This document shows positions 33,589 to 47,234 of a DNA stretch of 55,079 nt, piece by piece. The stretch covers positions 1-55,079 of the forward strand of contig JABANN010000190.1 in NCBI GenBank assembly GCA_013115125.1, read 5' to 3'. The notes under the pieces are model-generated. The model saw only the letters and a program-made list of their open reading frames with translations, had not been told where the DNA came from and ran no database searches. A program made the position numbers and the translations under genes. The DNA comes from Perkinsus olseni (Eukaryota). The stretch's first letter is position 1, and each line of letters opens with the position of its first letter.

Positions 33589-36500
33589 ATGCTACAGTCA
33601 CTGGACATAGACGCCTGGTCACTCCAAGTACTCCGTCAGAAGCTCACAGCCGACAGCGGTACTACCGATATTGTCAACGCTGAACCTACCCCAGAGGTTC
33701 GCGAGAAGCTTCAGAGTGACGGCACCTTGTCGGAGGAATGCCACGGCGACGAGACGTTGGTGAACCTGTGCGTTGAGTATTGCGGTCGCTACGGCTGCCC
33801 TTACTACACCGGACTGGCCAGTGTCGTTACGGCCTGCCGGGGTATTACCGAGGAGGATCCCTCCCTTGACCTTATGCAGCTTGTTCACTATATAACACGA
33901 CGACTCTGTTCCACTTCCAAGGGCGGCCTCCTCAAGGCCGTCGTCAACTACTTCAACATGCCTCCCGAGAGCGCCGAAACCATGGACGGGCTTGTCGCCA
34001 CCGGGCTGGCGTCAGTGTGCTCTACCTGGAAGGCCGCCTTGCGACTCTGGGCGAGCCTTGTGTTCTCGGAGCAGCCGGCCGCGACGGTTCCCCTGGTTGC
34101 CGCTGCTTATGTGACAGAATTCGGCTCAGCTGGACTGGGCGCCGACGACGTTGCAAGACTGCTGAGGAGCGCGAAGGCCTTTAAGGTTCCGGAGAGCTTT
34201 GTGGCCCAGTGGGAGGGCGGTAACGACGAGGAGGCTGCCTTCCTCGTCGAGCCCAAGCTGATCGCTACAGTTCTGCAAAACAAATTCAAGAGAGACGTCC
34301 GGGGCAGCGAAGATGAGACGGTGGTGGACGGGCTGTTCGGGTGCAGCCTCGACGGCCATCCGATCTACGAGGCCGGAGCATCAGACAGCACCAACGGGGA
34401 CACCTTCGTCCTCTTGGATGCCCGAGGGAGCGACTGTGTGGCGCGCTGTGAGCTGCAACCTGTGGTGGAGGCGTACTGGATTCAACGGACGATTCAACCC
34501 AGGCGTCGGCCAACACTGGTAGGCTATTCTTCGAGGGCCCCGCGGCTTCGTTCCACTCTCTCTTTACTCAGCCTACCGAGGACTGGATGAAGGAGCTCGA
34601 TGAACTCGATGCTTCGACGTCACCGGCGGAGGAGCCCGCCGACAAGCCCAAGTTGGAGAACATCCGGAAGGAGCGGCCTGTGGTGGTGCACCGCCTACGG
34701 GGGAAATTCGCTGTCACGATAGACGGCGATGCTGACTACGGTGACGAAGCCCTTGGAACTACTGTACCAGCTACAGTTCTTATTATTACAGATAGCGCGA
34801 CGCCAGAGAGGGAGGCTCTCCTCGGGAAGCTGTCAGCAGACGTCTACTCCAACATGCACATCGTCGTCATCGGCGAAGGTAAGGCACCGGCAGGCTGTTA
34901 CAGAGCGGCAAGGGTGTGGTCGCGTTGGTCAGGCCCTGCCCCCGACCAACGGTCCTCTATCATGTCGCGGTGCCTGGCTCCTATCAAACATGTCAGCGTG
35001 CTACACGGGGGTTGGCCAGCTTTGATTGCCGCTCTCTGCGACCTGGACAACTCAACAGACTTCCTCAACTGGGTAGCCTTCTGCAGTCCCTTCTCCGAGA
35101 AGACTAGTAAGACGAGCCAGCTGCACTCGAACCACGCATGCACTTCACCTTCGTCGTCGTAGTCCCCAAGCGCTCTGCTTCTCAATCAAGCGCTGCGAGT
35201 GCGTTACTGAAGCCGGAGACCTTAGAGAGCCTCCAGGTCAACTGGGAGGAGTCCAAGAAGAACATGGCCAAGGGCTGGGACGCCTTCGGCCGCAGCGTAA
35301 GCAGTGGCCATCACCAACTGCCAGTTGTTGTGCATCGCTCCGCTACCAGATGAGCAGCGCTTGGAAGGATCTCGGGGCGGCCGCACAGAAGCAGAAGGCG
35401 GCCGCTACTGCCGCGGCTGCACGTCGGAGTAATTCGGCCACGACCGAGAGTCAGGGCCCGGCAGCTGACCCGACAGGGGCACCTCCGACCGTAGTAGCTG
35501 CGAATGGAGCAGCTGCTGGGAAAAAGAACTAGTTTCTGTTCGTCTCAGACTTTGAACCTCAACACTGTGCTGACTGAGCAAGACAAGGCGGCTATTGCAG
35601 AGAACATGAATAAGGCTAAGGTGATGATGGGCTGCTGCTTGGCGAGCACCGCCTGGAACTACGTCGCTGGCAGAACGTCATGGCTGGGTGGATTGCCAAG
35701 AGCGACAAATTCATCCACGAGCAGCAGACCAAACTCGTGAAACAGCAGGAGGAGAAGAAACGGGAGGAAGAGAGGAAGAGGGCTGAGACCGCAGCCATCA
35801 TCGCGGCCATGCAGGATGGTGAGCATCATGCCGCCTTCCTGTGGGCTGCCACTTACTACCGGTATCCAGGCACTGCTGCTTCAACGTCAACCAATGGGAC
35901 AAAGGGGACAGGGAGAGGGGAAAAACAGGTGCCTTTGACGGGGTTTGGTTGACCATTTTCAGCTGCTTTTTCGCAGGGACCGCAGTCAAAGTCCGCTGCA
36001 GGGGCAGCGGGGAGAGTGTATGCAGATGACGAACTGTCGAATGACGAGGATGACAACATTTTTGAGATTGGGGATGAGAGCTCGGATGACGAGGTAGATG
36101 ACGATGGCCGCGTGGCGGGGGGCGATAACTCTCCGAAGAAGGAAGCCAATCAGTCCTCTGAGCAAGTAAGAGCCTATTGCTGTTTTCGCCCGGTCATTCA
36201 GTTCATATCAGTCGTGTCTACGGGACGCCAGCGTGATGGTCGGCAGTCTACAGCGACTGCAGAAAGGCGATGTGATCTCGTGGGAGGAGGATCTGGTGCC
36301 TGCTGGAGCACGCAAGTTCCACTGCCAGAAGCTCACTCGTCAGTCCAGATTGGACCGGAAAAGGCCTCCTCCGGAACTCGTGGAAACGGCTGAGTCCACC
36401 AACTGGTGGAACAACGCCAAGAAGTTCGCCTCCACCCTAGCAGCGCCGTTCGACCCGATAGTCCCCGTTGACCGAGTCATCGTGCTCGTACTGAATCAGC

Positions 36501-36880
36501 TGCTGATTTGCGAAGACCTCGGTGATAGCAAGTTGAAGGTGAAGAGCAATCACAGAGTGCAGCAAATTCAACGGGTCAGCTTCGCCGAAGACCAGCCAGA
36601 CAGAATCTCATTTTTATACAGGGTAAGATGCTTGGCGGCTAACACGACCGAATCTATTCCTCAGAACTCACCAAAGTGCAACACGTACAAGTTATTGCCG
36701 ATGCCCGGGTCCCCCGACAAGTCTACAAACGAGCAATTGATGTCGTGTCTCAAACAGCGGCTGAGCAGTCTGAACGTTGGGATGCGTCTTACCGTCACGG
36801 ATGGTCCGCCTGCACGGCCACCAGCGCCTCGAGCAAAGGAGAAGAGTGATCGTGGAGCCGACCACGATCTATTGGACTGA
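33589..36880 (+). CDS. TBC1D23-like protein (divergent TBC + rhodanese-like + C-terminal PH-like domain)
   Basis: TBC-like YCGRYGCPYYTGLASV and ALRLWASL; rhodanese-like FVLLDARG...HVSVLHGGW; C-terminal FHCQK...LKVKSNH..QQIQRVSF..QPDRISFLY. The domain order matches TBC1D23. Confidence 0.7.
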
Positions 36881-37467
36881 AAAGCTTTCTCCCATAACAC
36901 AACACTTGATGACTTTAATATACTTTCCACTTTGGTGACTCGCTCCGAGTTAGGAAGTTCAAGTGGGTTGCGAAGGTTGATTGGCCCATCGGGGGCGCAG
37001 GGAAGTGAGTGACTGAGGTCCATAAAATGACGATTGGATAACATCTGTCGATAATGATCAAGTTCAGAAGGCAACGAATGTCCGCAAGCCCTCTGACTCC
37101 AGAGTACACACTTACAGGCGTCGAAGAGATCCGGGGGATTCGCAATTAATACGGTTAATCTGGAGAAGGTTCTTCACTGAGACTGACACAACAGGGCAAT
37201 GTGGCAAGGCTGAAGTAAGCTCAGAATGATATTGTGAGCGGAGTCGTTGGAGCACTGACGATAGTAGGACCAGTCCGCGATTGACGAACACAATCGGGAT
37301 TTATCGAAGGCATTTCTCCCGAGTATTTATATGCCCTGACGGCTCTACTAACAACTCTAACAGATATGTGCTACTGATGGTCAACCAGAGGAATAGGCCA
37401 CATATCCTCTGGAACTACAAATGACATGAAAATGATCTTTACAATACGGCCGACCCTCCCATCGTAT

Positions 37468-37938
37468 TCATTGCTCAAGTGGGTGAGTGTTTGTGCTGCG
37501 ACTGGTATCGTTTGGAGTCGTAAACCCCGCTGCTCCCAGGCATATACCCTCGATGAGAGTGCGGGTAGCCCCGTTGAAGGTGGTGTATACCACATTTTTG
37601 CCACCGTCGTAGTTCAACGTAGCCATGTCGCCCTCATTGAACTTAACGCTCCCGCTGCAGTCATTGTTGACAGCATGCATGAAGGCAACGTACTTACCAT
37701 GGCTAGCAGAGCTAAGCTGGTAGAACGAAGGCCTCGACTCAGTATAGGTAAGATCGTCGGACCCCACGCCTCTACCACGGCAATTTACACGCAGCTCGGC
37801 CGTCATGTCCCCATACCATTCAACTTGCCCGCAGGCTATAAAGGTTTGAGAAGTGTCAGCATGATAAGTCCCGCTGAAGGCACTGCCTACCGCCATTAGC
37901 ATAAGAGGCACGATACGGATGATGTCGTGGAAACTCAT
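37468..37938 (-). CDS. Small secreted 4-Cys protein, family member 1 (intact, intronless)
   Basis: Signal-peptide-like MSFHDIIRIVPLMLMAVGSA; motifs ACGQV, LRVNC, VNNDC, EGDMATLNYD, FNG..LIEGIC. Confidence 0.75.
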   Translation of the reverse strand: MSFHDIIRIVPLMLMAVGSAFSGTYHADTSQTFIACGQVEWYGDMTAELRVNCRGRGVGSDDLTYTESRPSFYQLSSASHGKYVAFMHAVNNDCSGSVKFNEGDMATLNYDGGKNVVYTTFNGATRTLIEGICLGAAGFTTPNDTSRSTNTHPLEQ

Positions 37939-39577
37939 AATTCAACCGAGTAAACCTGGCAAAATTGATGGCAGACTCCCATTGGCAGTGCAGCAGGTGA
38001 TGGCTGGTGGTGCTGGTCCTTTGCACTCAAGTGCTACTCTAACCATAACTACTAAGTCAGTAGTACTAGCTTACGGTAGTGAATTCCTAACTGCCTGTAC
38101 ACCACGAACAGACATGCCCTCGATGCTACCTCTCTTTCGTCGAACTGCTGCAGAGCAGGAAGCGGAGACGTTTGGGGGTAGCTCACATTCTAGGATCTAT
38201 GGCTTCGAATCACGCCCACTAAGATTGGATAGACTCCGCTGTTCAAACGAGTCTCAACTGGTAGAGATATCGGGATCGAGAAGAGCTTAGTTGTGAGCGA
38301 CCCACTCATTCCACATACGCGGACAGAGTACAGGGACAGAGGGACGCACAATGCCATCAGACGCAGGAAGCACACTCAAGTATGACGACACAAAATAGTT
38401 ACAGATACGCACGGCGATGAGAGTAGAGCGTAATACGCCCTGCTCTAGCTGCTACTATGACGTGTCTCTGAGATTATGGTGCCAAACTCGGAATATCGGC
38501 GTAATGCGGGGTCCATTCGAGGTACGATGTGATTAGCTGGATTATCCAAGGGTGGGTCGATATGCACCTTTCTGGCTGCTATCAACTATAGTGAACGATT
38601 CAACCAATGGTAATACGTTTTTGATACAACTAGCCCGATTTCGGTTAAGTGCCATCGAAGCAAGCTGCCACTAGCTGCCTCCTGTGCGCGTATGCTACTG
38701 TACTCCCGCCGCACAACCTGTGCGTCGTTTCGTTCCAGAATTTGAATTGAAACGTTTGGGGCCCAGACGTCATGGACCACGGTACAGATCGATCTTTTCC
38801 CCGTCAGTGGACGCCACGACGGCTTGCGTATCGTGCATCTCAAAAGTGCGAGAGGACTTCGCACCACGCTGTGAGGTCTTTATCCTTGGCAGTGAGAGAA
38901 ATGGAAAAAATATCGTACCTCCCCCGAAAGCAGCCGAGGTCACCGCCGACGCGTGCATCAGTGGTCAAACTCCTTTCTGGTATCACGGTCTCGCGTCTAA
39001 ACTGACGGGTGGCCACACCAAAATTGATGTCATTATCGGCGAAAAGGTCTCTCCTAATCACGAAATCGAGGAAACCATTCGAGAATTTGATATCACTATT
39101 CGGAGAGGTTGACGGCTGAACTGGCTTCTCTAATCTCCTATACGTTGTCCCTACTTCGATCCAAACGCCGAACTGCTGTCTTCACTCGCTAGTGTTATAC
39201 CGGTGTGCGCTGGCATAGCAGCCTCTCCCTGGGCCGAATACACTTCCGAATGGTACAGATCGGAGCCAATCGTAGCGTGTGTTGCTCGCGATACAAGCGT
39301 TGTATGATAGCGACCATTCTGTGGGACTCTCAGATCCGATGCGATGCCGCTGCTGCGCGGGTTCACGTCGAACGATGAATTTGATTGACTAACACAACTC
39401 TACATGATTAAGTGAACTCGCGGTATGAGATAGTTAAAGAATAAGGTCGAAAGAGCCAAGGTAAAAAAGATTTAGGGTTGCTTAGTGAGCGAAATGTTTT
39501 TGTGTCCCGAAATGTTTTGAGAGCAATAGTTCGAGAAAGAAGTTCTCTTGCATTACGCACGCTGGGCATGAGCCTCA

Positions 39578-40018
39578 TCACGACGAGAACGGGAAGCACT
39601 TCCCGATTGTGAAAGTGTCGTTGGCACCTTGAAAATGACTCACCATCGACTGGTTGTCCTCGGCGAAGGACAACGTAGCTAGATCGCCATCCTGGAAGGG
39701 CAGTACCATCAACCCCTCGCAGTAACTGTTGACAGTGCCGCAGAAGTCAAGGTAGCTGGGCCCGCTATAATCGCTAAGCTTCTGCACCCTGGGAGCCACT
39801 TCATCATAAAGAAGCAAGGCGGAGACGACGTTCTTCGAATAGCCGCAAACCACGTGCAACTGGAAAATGGTGTCATTCCTGGTCACTTGTCCACAGAAAT
39901 ACGCCAGATTATGAGCACTGACCTTGTAGAAAGATCTAAGCGGGGTTGCGGGTGTCCGGCCGACCAACGCAAGGATGATTGGGATGAACTGAATGATTGT
40001 AGACGGGAAGACCGTCAT
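39578..40018 (-). CDS. Small secreted 4-Cys protein, member 2 (intact)
   Basis: Hydrophobic leader IIQFIPIILALVG; motifs FCGQV, LHVVCG, VNSYC, QDGDLATLSF, FQGA..TFTIGKCF. Confidence 0.75.
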   Translation of the reverse strand: MTVFPSTIIQFIPIILALVGRTPATPLRSFYKVSAHNLAYFCGQVTRNDTIFQLHVVCGYSKNVVSALLLYDEVAPRVQKLSDYSGPSYLDFCGTVNSYCEGLMVLPFQDGDLATLSFAEDNQSMVSHFQGANDTFTIGKCFPFSS

Positions 40019-41064
40019 ATCACCCGAAGGAGAGCTGGGGTCTCAAGGCTTATAACCAAGTTCGCTCATGGAAGTGATTCAACCCTTGAAGAAAGTGACC
40101 TCGGCAAGGACAAGCGTTGCGGTTGGAAAAATTAGTTGTCTGAGTGACCAATCCTGCCGAGTCGGGACGTACAGTTGGGAGTCCCACAAGTTCCGCTAGG
40201 TCCAAATCCTTGGGGACGAGCGAGGAATTGGCACCCGCGTGCAGGTCACCGCTAGTGGGAGCCTCCAGGGTTGGGTTTCACTGATTGATACAAGGAACTG
40301 AGCCACGTGGGGAACACAGCTGAGGGCGGCCGCTAGAACCACGCGAGAAATGAGCGGGAGGGGATGTACCTCGAGATAGCGAGGATAACATTTTTATTGA
40401 GTTCGATGGTGAGAGTTGCGATGACGGGGTAGACAAGGGTGACAATTTGTCACTGACAAAGTAGACGAGGATGACGGAGTGTTGGGCGAGACATGGGACC
40501 GGATATGAACTATTTTCTGTTAGGGGGCCTTGGTTGAGGATCATTCGTTGGGAGAGGCCACAAGGCCCATCCCTCAGGGGAATGCACCCTGAGTGACCTG
40601 TCGATTAGCCGCTCGGAACGATAGTTATTATCGTCACGGGTATCGATCTTTTGCAATGCTCAGTCATGGAACTGCGGGATGAGGTAAACGCAGGACAACT
40701 ATCCGTGGCACTCTTGGGACTGAGGGCGCTACTACAAGCACTACAGCGGAAGGATCCCAACTGAAGCCCCCGAGGGCTTCGCGTTTGATATCCAGGGAGA
40801 CTTCCTCGCACGTCCTAGCCCTAGTGATGCCATAGGAAGCGATCCCTGTGGCGACAAATTGTTATCATACTTGGTCCAAATATGTATGACTAACTCTACT
40901 CTTCGTACTCATATTCAACCACAGTAGCACATCAGACGGATAAAGAATGATTGGCCATTTGAAAAGTGAGCAACTCCCGCCATCGTTTCTAGAACGGTAT
41001 GTAACAGCAGAACGGCGAATAATGGGGGATGGGTTGGCTAGTCAATGGTTGCAAGCCTTGTGTC

Positions 41065-41478
41065 TTAGAAGCATTCTCCAACGGTGAACTTGTGTTCGAC
41101 CCCCAGGAAGGGTATCATCATCGTTTGGCTATATCCATTGTAGTCGAGTTTGAGGAAATCGCCGTCCTGCACATCCACCCATCCGTTGCAGACCTCATTT
41201 ACAGAACTGCGGAAGAAATGGTATGCAAGGTTGTTGGCGAGCTTGTAAACCCTGGATGACACTGCAGTAGCCGTTAAGAAGTCCACCTCGCTCTCGAGAT
41301 CACCGCACTTCACACCCAGCGAGATGTTCCCTTGCGAGTCGTCGCTCCAACTGATGTGCGCACAAACTAGTACGGGATAGTCAGCGATGACTTTATGAAA
41401 GGACCCCGAAGGGGGAGGCGGGTGGCCGAGTACTGCACTTAGAAGAAGGACGCTGCTCATGACATATAGTGTGACCAT
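41065..41478 (-). CDS. Small secreted 4-Cys protein, member 3 (intact)
   Basis: Leader MVTLYVMSSVLLLSAVLG-HPPPPSG; motifs VCAHI, LGVKCG, VNEVC, QDGDFLKLDY, FLG..KFTVGECF. Confidence 0.78.
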   Translation of the reverse strand: MVTLYVMSSVLLLSAVLGHPPPPSGSFHKVIADYPVLVCAHISWSDDSQGNISLGVKCGDLESEVDFLTATAVSSRVYKLANNLAYHFFRSSVNEVCNGWVDVQDGDFLKLDYNGYSQTMMIPFLGVEHKFTVGECF

Positions 41479-42551
41479 CTTGAAGAGTTGAAGTCCTGAA
41501 AAAATGATGAGGGGCATAGGATACGCCGGCTTATTCGAGGTCATCAAGTGGAAGCCTTGGTATCGGACGGTTGAATTGCATGGCCCGGGTCACTCGCCGG
41601 AAGAGGCCGATGGGGAACGGATAACAAGGGATCAAAAGCTATAGTCAGGGAACTTCTAGTGGAAAGCCGCCAACTCGAGCAGCCATGAACTGTTTTCGCC
41701 ACGCCCCTGAACTTTTCAACCGCTCCACTCGTCTCGCTGACAGACTCTCTGCCGTGCCGTAGTACAGCAGCTCGAGCAGCTTGAAATGTGAGTTAATCAT
41801 GAAGTCTTCCCCCATCCAGTTGACAGTGTTCACTCATTCACGTATCATCGCGGCCATGTCACTTGAATAGTGTCGCCCCTAACACTATAGTGTGACACCA
41901 GCTTCCGGTGAACAAGCCGAGCTAGAGCCCATAGGACTTTATAGCGTACACAATCCAGTTGGAATTCCGAATATAACCAGACTGTAAAAGGCTGGGCTCG
42001 GCAGAGTCGGAGACAGGCGCACCTATCATGACGCCGGGACATCGTGTGTGGGGTGACCCCGTGGTATGCTTCGCTCACTTGTGGGAGGCGAGCCATTAAT
42101 AAAATGAGCCAAGAATGGTCAGAGTTTCGTGGATGACTCTGAGATGGCAAAATGAACATTAATGCTCGGCGGCGCTGAACCTCTTATTTGTTGTTATTCT
42201 GCGTCAGCTCTTCTGCGACGCCTGTGATTTGCTGGTCGCTTTGAACTTGTTGGTAACGGCAATATACCCGAGACTAACAAAGTTTCACCGGCGCAATATT
42301 TGCGGGAGCGATTGATGCTCGTGAAGTCCCGGGCCTGGACCGCACACTATTAACAACACTGAAGCCATATGCACGGTCATGATGGAGTTGGAAATGATGG
42401 AATTGACTCCATCTCTCAGGTAAGTGAAAATCTTTCCTCAGTGTGGCATCATCCCACACATTTACAGTATTCGTTTGTACTATACGCCATACTGGTGAAG
42501 GACAACCACACAAATCAGCAAAGCATTCGCAGCAGTGGCACCCGGCAAGCC

Positions 42552-42952
42552 TCACGCGGGGCAGTCACCGGCTGTGAACGTGCGCGCCACACTCTCAAAG
42601 AAGGCCACAAACGTCTTACCATCGTACGCGAGACTATTCAGGTCGCCGGCCTTGAACGCCAACGAAGCGTTGCACTTACGTTTGACGATACTACTGAAAT
42701 CACAGTACTGAGGGAGACTATCGAGGTTGTAGCCCTGAAACACCGCTTCATCGTAAATCAAGCGGATACGACATTTGCACCGCCTGCGCACTCCACATGC
42801 AAGACGACGGCGCCAAACATCAAAGTGAACTGCCCACATACCGGGGAAGGGTATCTCGATACCAGATAATGATAAGGCCCAGTAGGCGGCGGCGGAGGGT
42901 AACCGGCGACCATGCCCACGAGAAAGATACTGGCGATGATGTGAACGGACAT
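42552..42952 (-). pseudogene. Small secreted 4-Cys protein, member 4 (frameshifted)
   Basis: The N-half (MSVHIIASIFLVGMVAGYPPPPPTG..VCGQF..LHVECAG) and C-half (LIYDE..RKC..AGDLNSLAYD..TFTAGDC) are in different frames, with the shift near 42760-42770. Confidence 0.7.
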
Positions 42953-44546
42953 CACTTGGTGATTGGGACTGCTGGACGACGGAGTCACTGACGACTGGGT
43001 CTAGCGGCAGCGGCTGGCCCTAGCGTTCAACACCCACTACGCACTGAGCAGCCCCTAGGCTAACACCCGAGGTTCAACGATCGAGATCGAACGAGTGAAA
43101 GTTTGCCCGAGGTCAGGAATCGCTCGAGGAGGATGACTGTATGGCAACGGTGAAATACTTCCTCAATCGGTGCGACACAAGGACTCTCTCTGGCTGTAGC
43201 AGCACGTAAGCTCCTGGACTAAGCTTAATGGTGGTAACCCGCACGCTTTCAAGTACATCGTCATGCGTCATACCTCCTCTATGGTTTGATTCCTCACCGT
43301 TGTGAGTAACTGCTGTGGCTAGAGCAGAATTGAGCATAAGTGAACGAGTATGAACAGTATCAGGTATTGTGAACGGTATTACCATCAAATGGGACACCAT
43401 CTAATTGGTCATGCGCGCTAACGAACACGTGCACAGTGCACGGAGCACTCTCAGCTTGAGCACTCGCTCGTGCCCAGGGCCGCGCCGACGATGTCCACTT
43501 ATGATGGAGAACAGACTCCGCTCAGCAGCGGGTGAGCTACGCGGCGCAGCGTCGACCGCATTTCTATCTCGTATCTTCTTCCACGATGCTTTCCCGGCCA
43601 TTCCGTCTTCTGTCACTCCCGTTGTACGATGGACTTGCTATAGCTCTTGCGCTCGCGTGCAGGTCACCGTTAGCGAAAGCCTGGCGAGTTGAGGGTTGCT
43701 GGCAGAGCTACGTAGGAAGCATGCCTGAAGGCCGCCGCTACGCATCCGCGAATGATGTTCGAATAATGATGTTTCTCGAAAGGACAAGCGTGGCAATAGG
43801 ATCAGTATGGTCACAACTGACTATCTGTTGCGATACTGGGGTGCAGATCAGAGAGAGTATATGAATGGAGAATGTCTCCCCGTGGCAATCTGGTAAGCCT
43901 GTGCAGCTACAAGGAGAGCTTGAGAGTCTATCTCGCTCTCGATGTAGGGCATTTTTGATGGGTGCACAATTGAATTCGTTGTCACGATTGTCGTGCGCTT
44001 GCGACCCCGGATGCAACTCAATTGTGCAGCTCATGGGCCAGAAATCAGAATCACTGGTCATACACCTGATTTTGCGATTCTCAATGAGATTTTAGTAATC
44101 TGGTTAAGGCTTCAGTGAAGCCGCTTCACGTCTTAGGCCGTATGATTCAGGCATTGATTTGAATCCTTCATCGTAATCAGGCGCTGGTCACAATGGCAAT
44201 GTGTCAATGGCTGTGAACACGCAATGAGGATCCACATATGGTGTGCGACATACTTACCGAAGCTGAGCATCAGACATACGGCTATCCACTACAGTATGGA
44301 TAGCTCGTCGTCATTCATCAACTTATGACACGCAAACACGAATTGTTCTTGGTTAACATTGTGCATGGATCAAAAAGTCTTTTGGCATCACACACATCAC
44401 AATGGGACTGAAATATCGTTTTCAGCTCACACATCAAAAACGCTCAACATCTACTTAGGTTCTCTTATCCACGAAGACAGAAAAGAAAAGTCGAATACAT
44501 TCGCACGGCAACCGCTCGATAAGCAATCTGGTTGCTGCAACCGTCA

Positions 44547-45160
44547 TTAGTCCATGAAAATGGTACCATAACGCCCGTAAGAAGCCACAAACTTCTTGGT
44601 CTTCTTCCCGGCTTGGTCGGCGGCAGCAATGGCTCGTTCGGAGCTCTCGTGAGCCTCATTGCAAAGTTTCACGAAGTTGTCATCATATTTCTTCTCTACG
44701 GTTTTTGAGAAAACATAACAGACGTTCTTCAGCTCCTTGAGCGTCTTTTTTCCAGCTTCCCCCAACTCTCCTTCTAACAGTTCTTCACCGATGAGGCCGA
44801 TATTCTTCTTGAGATCTGTATAGTCGATCTGCCTAGCGGTTTCGTCTAGCTTAGCCAGCTCCTTAAGATGCGGTGACTTGTCGATACCTCTCAACGGGTC
44901 GAGGCCGGCGCCGTAAGGAGGGGGGGAGCGGAAGACGAAGGTATCGTTCCCTCGCCAATCAGGATATGGTAAGTTACGCTGATATCGTGCGACGACGTTC
45001 GGGTCGAAGTTACTACAGGGAAGGAGAAAAATTGCTGGGGGCAAGCACACTGTCATCGAGATTTCACTTACAAGTAGCTCCGGAATGCCCCATATTCATC
45101 GTACGCTGGGCAATAGATGGAGTTCATAGTTACGCTACCCGCCGAGCCAACTGTAAAGCC
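44547..45160 (-). CDS. Hypothetical protein (last exon 44547-~45020)
   Basis: 169-codon ORF with natural charged/helical composition and a candidate upstream exon ending in a GTAAGT donor near 45070. No family recognised. Confidence 0.45.
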
Positions 45161-46153
45161 CATAGTCCCGTAGTCATCGTCGTCTTCAAATTCCCCTCCC
45201 CATTATAAGAAACAGACAGCCGTGTTGCCCTTACGACCGAGGCTCACGCGTGAGAGAGGTGGGAATACCTAGAAGTGGACTACGGGGTAATCTAACCGAA
45301 AGTCCCTTCGCAAAAGAGCAACCGCAATGTGCACTCAGCCCATTAATAATGTGCTCAACAATCTGCCAGTGCCGTCTGTACTTACGTCTTCTTCGAGGGC
45401 GTGAGAGACCAAGGCTGCAGCAGCGATGGAGGTGATGAGACTGCCTTAACATTGCATGGGGACAGCCTCGTGACCAGAACTTGGCTATTATGTACAACAT
45501 AGCGAGATGCTCCCTGGGCTTGTGTCTGTTTACACGGTTACACTCATACGGACGAAACATACAGCGTATCATCATGCTCCAAACCATTTCTCTACCGGAC
45601 AGATGATAATAGGTGGGCGGAATCAGATATCCCCGCTCGAAAGACGGTAATATGGCTAGCCCAAAGCGAGCGAGGATCGCAGAGAGAAATGAAGCTCAAG
45701 AGTGGCCAGCATGGGCCGGCAGCGGTAACGTGGTCTCGGAGGGAGTCGAGTTCCTCAATAAAGTGACCTTCGCTAGAGAGCTAGCTCGAGTTAGTTAATT
45801 CAGCCACTCGGGACTCTCGACCATCATCCGGCGCCCCTGACTCGGGACCATCTGCTGCTATTAAATTCACTGGAAGTTCCACGCCTCGAGCGAATGCACG
45901 GCCCGACTTCGCTGAATTGTCTGTCCACTGAGAACGCCACCCGCAACCTTTCGTGTGCCTATAACTGTGTAAAGGGAATAGCTAGCGGCGAGGCAGCGCA
46001 ATTACAGTCAACAGCGCAAGGACTGCCGTTCTCGGCTCCTTGCAACGGTGAGCGAATGGAGAAGCTACGCTGACGCAAATAAAATGACTTTGTCCGGGCA
46101 GGCATAATGTTTAACTATAGCCTGTAACAACGGGTAGTTGTCCTGATCAAGTT

Positions 46154-46557
46154 TTAACATACCGGGCAGTCACCTGCTATGAAGGTGATGTTGACTCCTT
46201 GAAAGGACGTCACCAACGATAGACCACCTCGGCCGAAATCCATAAGCACCATGTCACCGAGCGGTCGCAAGATCTATTGACAACACTGGCAAAGTCGAGG
46301 TACGGGAGACAACTACTCTCATGAAGTTCGTAACGTAAAGATGTCCTCTTGTCATAAGTCAAGTCGTTTGACGCAAGTGTCTTGGCGTCATCGCACCTCA
46401 CAAGCAAGTCGACGCCATAAACGTCCCAAGTGGCCTATCCACAAATCCATGCAGGATGCCTAGCTGTGACGGAATGATAAGATCCGCTTGGCACTGAAGG
46501 ACGGCAGACCACCTTAGCCGTGAGAAGGACGATGCATATGAGACGAGAGGAGACCAT
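46154..46557 (-). pseudogene. Small secreted 4-Cys protein, member 5 (nonsense mutation + indel)
   Basis: MVSSRLICIVLLTAKVVC..WICG* has TAG where paralogs have Gln. Sequence continues LLVRCD..VVNRSC, then a frameshifted ITFIAGDCPVC*. Confidence 0.7.
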
Positions 46558-47234
46558 TTCCCGATGAGGGAACTGAGGTACCGAGTCACTCAAAGCGAGG
46601 CCTAGTGCCGCGGCTGACGAAGCTAGACCCTCGTCCGCGAGCTTCAAAGAGAAACAAACAGTTTGAATGTAGCGCACTTCCATCTGGGTCTCGACCGGGG
46701 TTTACGCTGTCGGAATCGCACCGCGTGAACTAATAGTTCAGAACTATGCATCCCACAACCTCTTAGCAGCACCAGTACAATCAAATTCCAGATCAGAATT
46801 GCGACACATCAGTTCAACATGCGCGTTTCCGGAATCGACACTCGGCACTAAAGCCCCAGTGGAAAGCAGAATGAATTAACGGGTCGTCGCCGACTCCGCC
46901 CCGCTTAGCGAGGAGCGGCAGAATCATCACCAACCACCCGAGGCTACATCCGGATTCGACTTGAAACTTCGCGGCCTGCTGGCGCTGCATCCACACCGGT
47001 CAGCTACAGTTCTTTCGTTACTCCCGAGTCGCGAAGAGGGGAGTACACATCACAACGCCTTCTATTTTGAAGGGAGCTAACATCTGTTAGAATGCCGAGA
47101 TGGATGCTGGCCCGGTTCACCCTCCTCAAGGTAGATAACTCAAATAACGCAATGCGCAGTTATGCCAGGTAGTCAGTATGGCGTTAAGAAACTGACCTCA
47201 CGTGTACTGTAACTCTGTCAATACGACTACTTCT

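Noticed and set aside
38586-39112. ORFs between family members 1 and 2 as another family copy
   Set aside because: The Cys and GDL motifs are not found in any frame.
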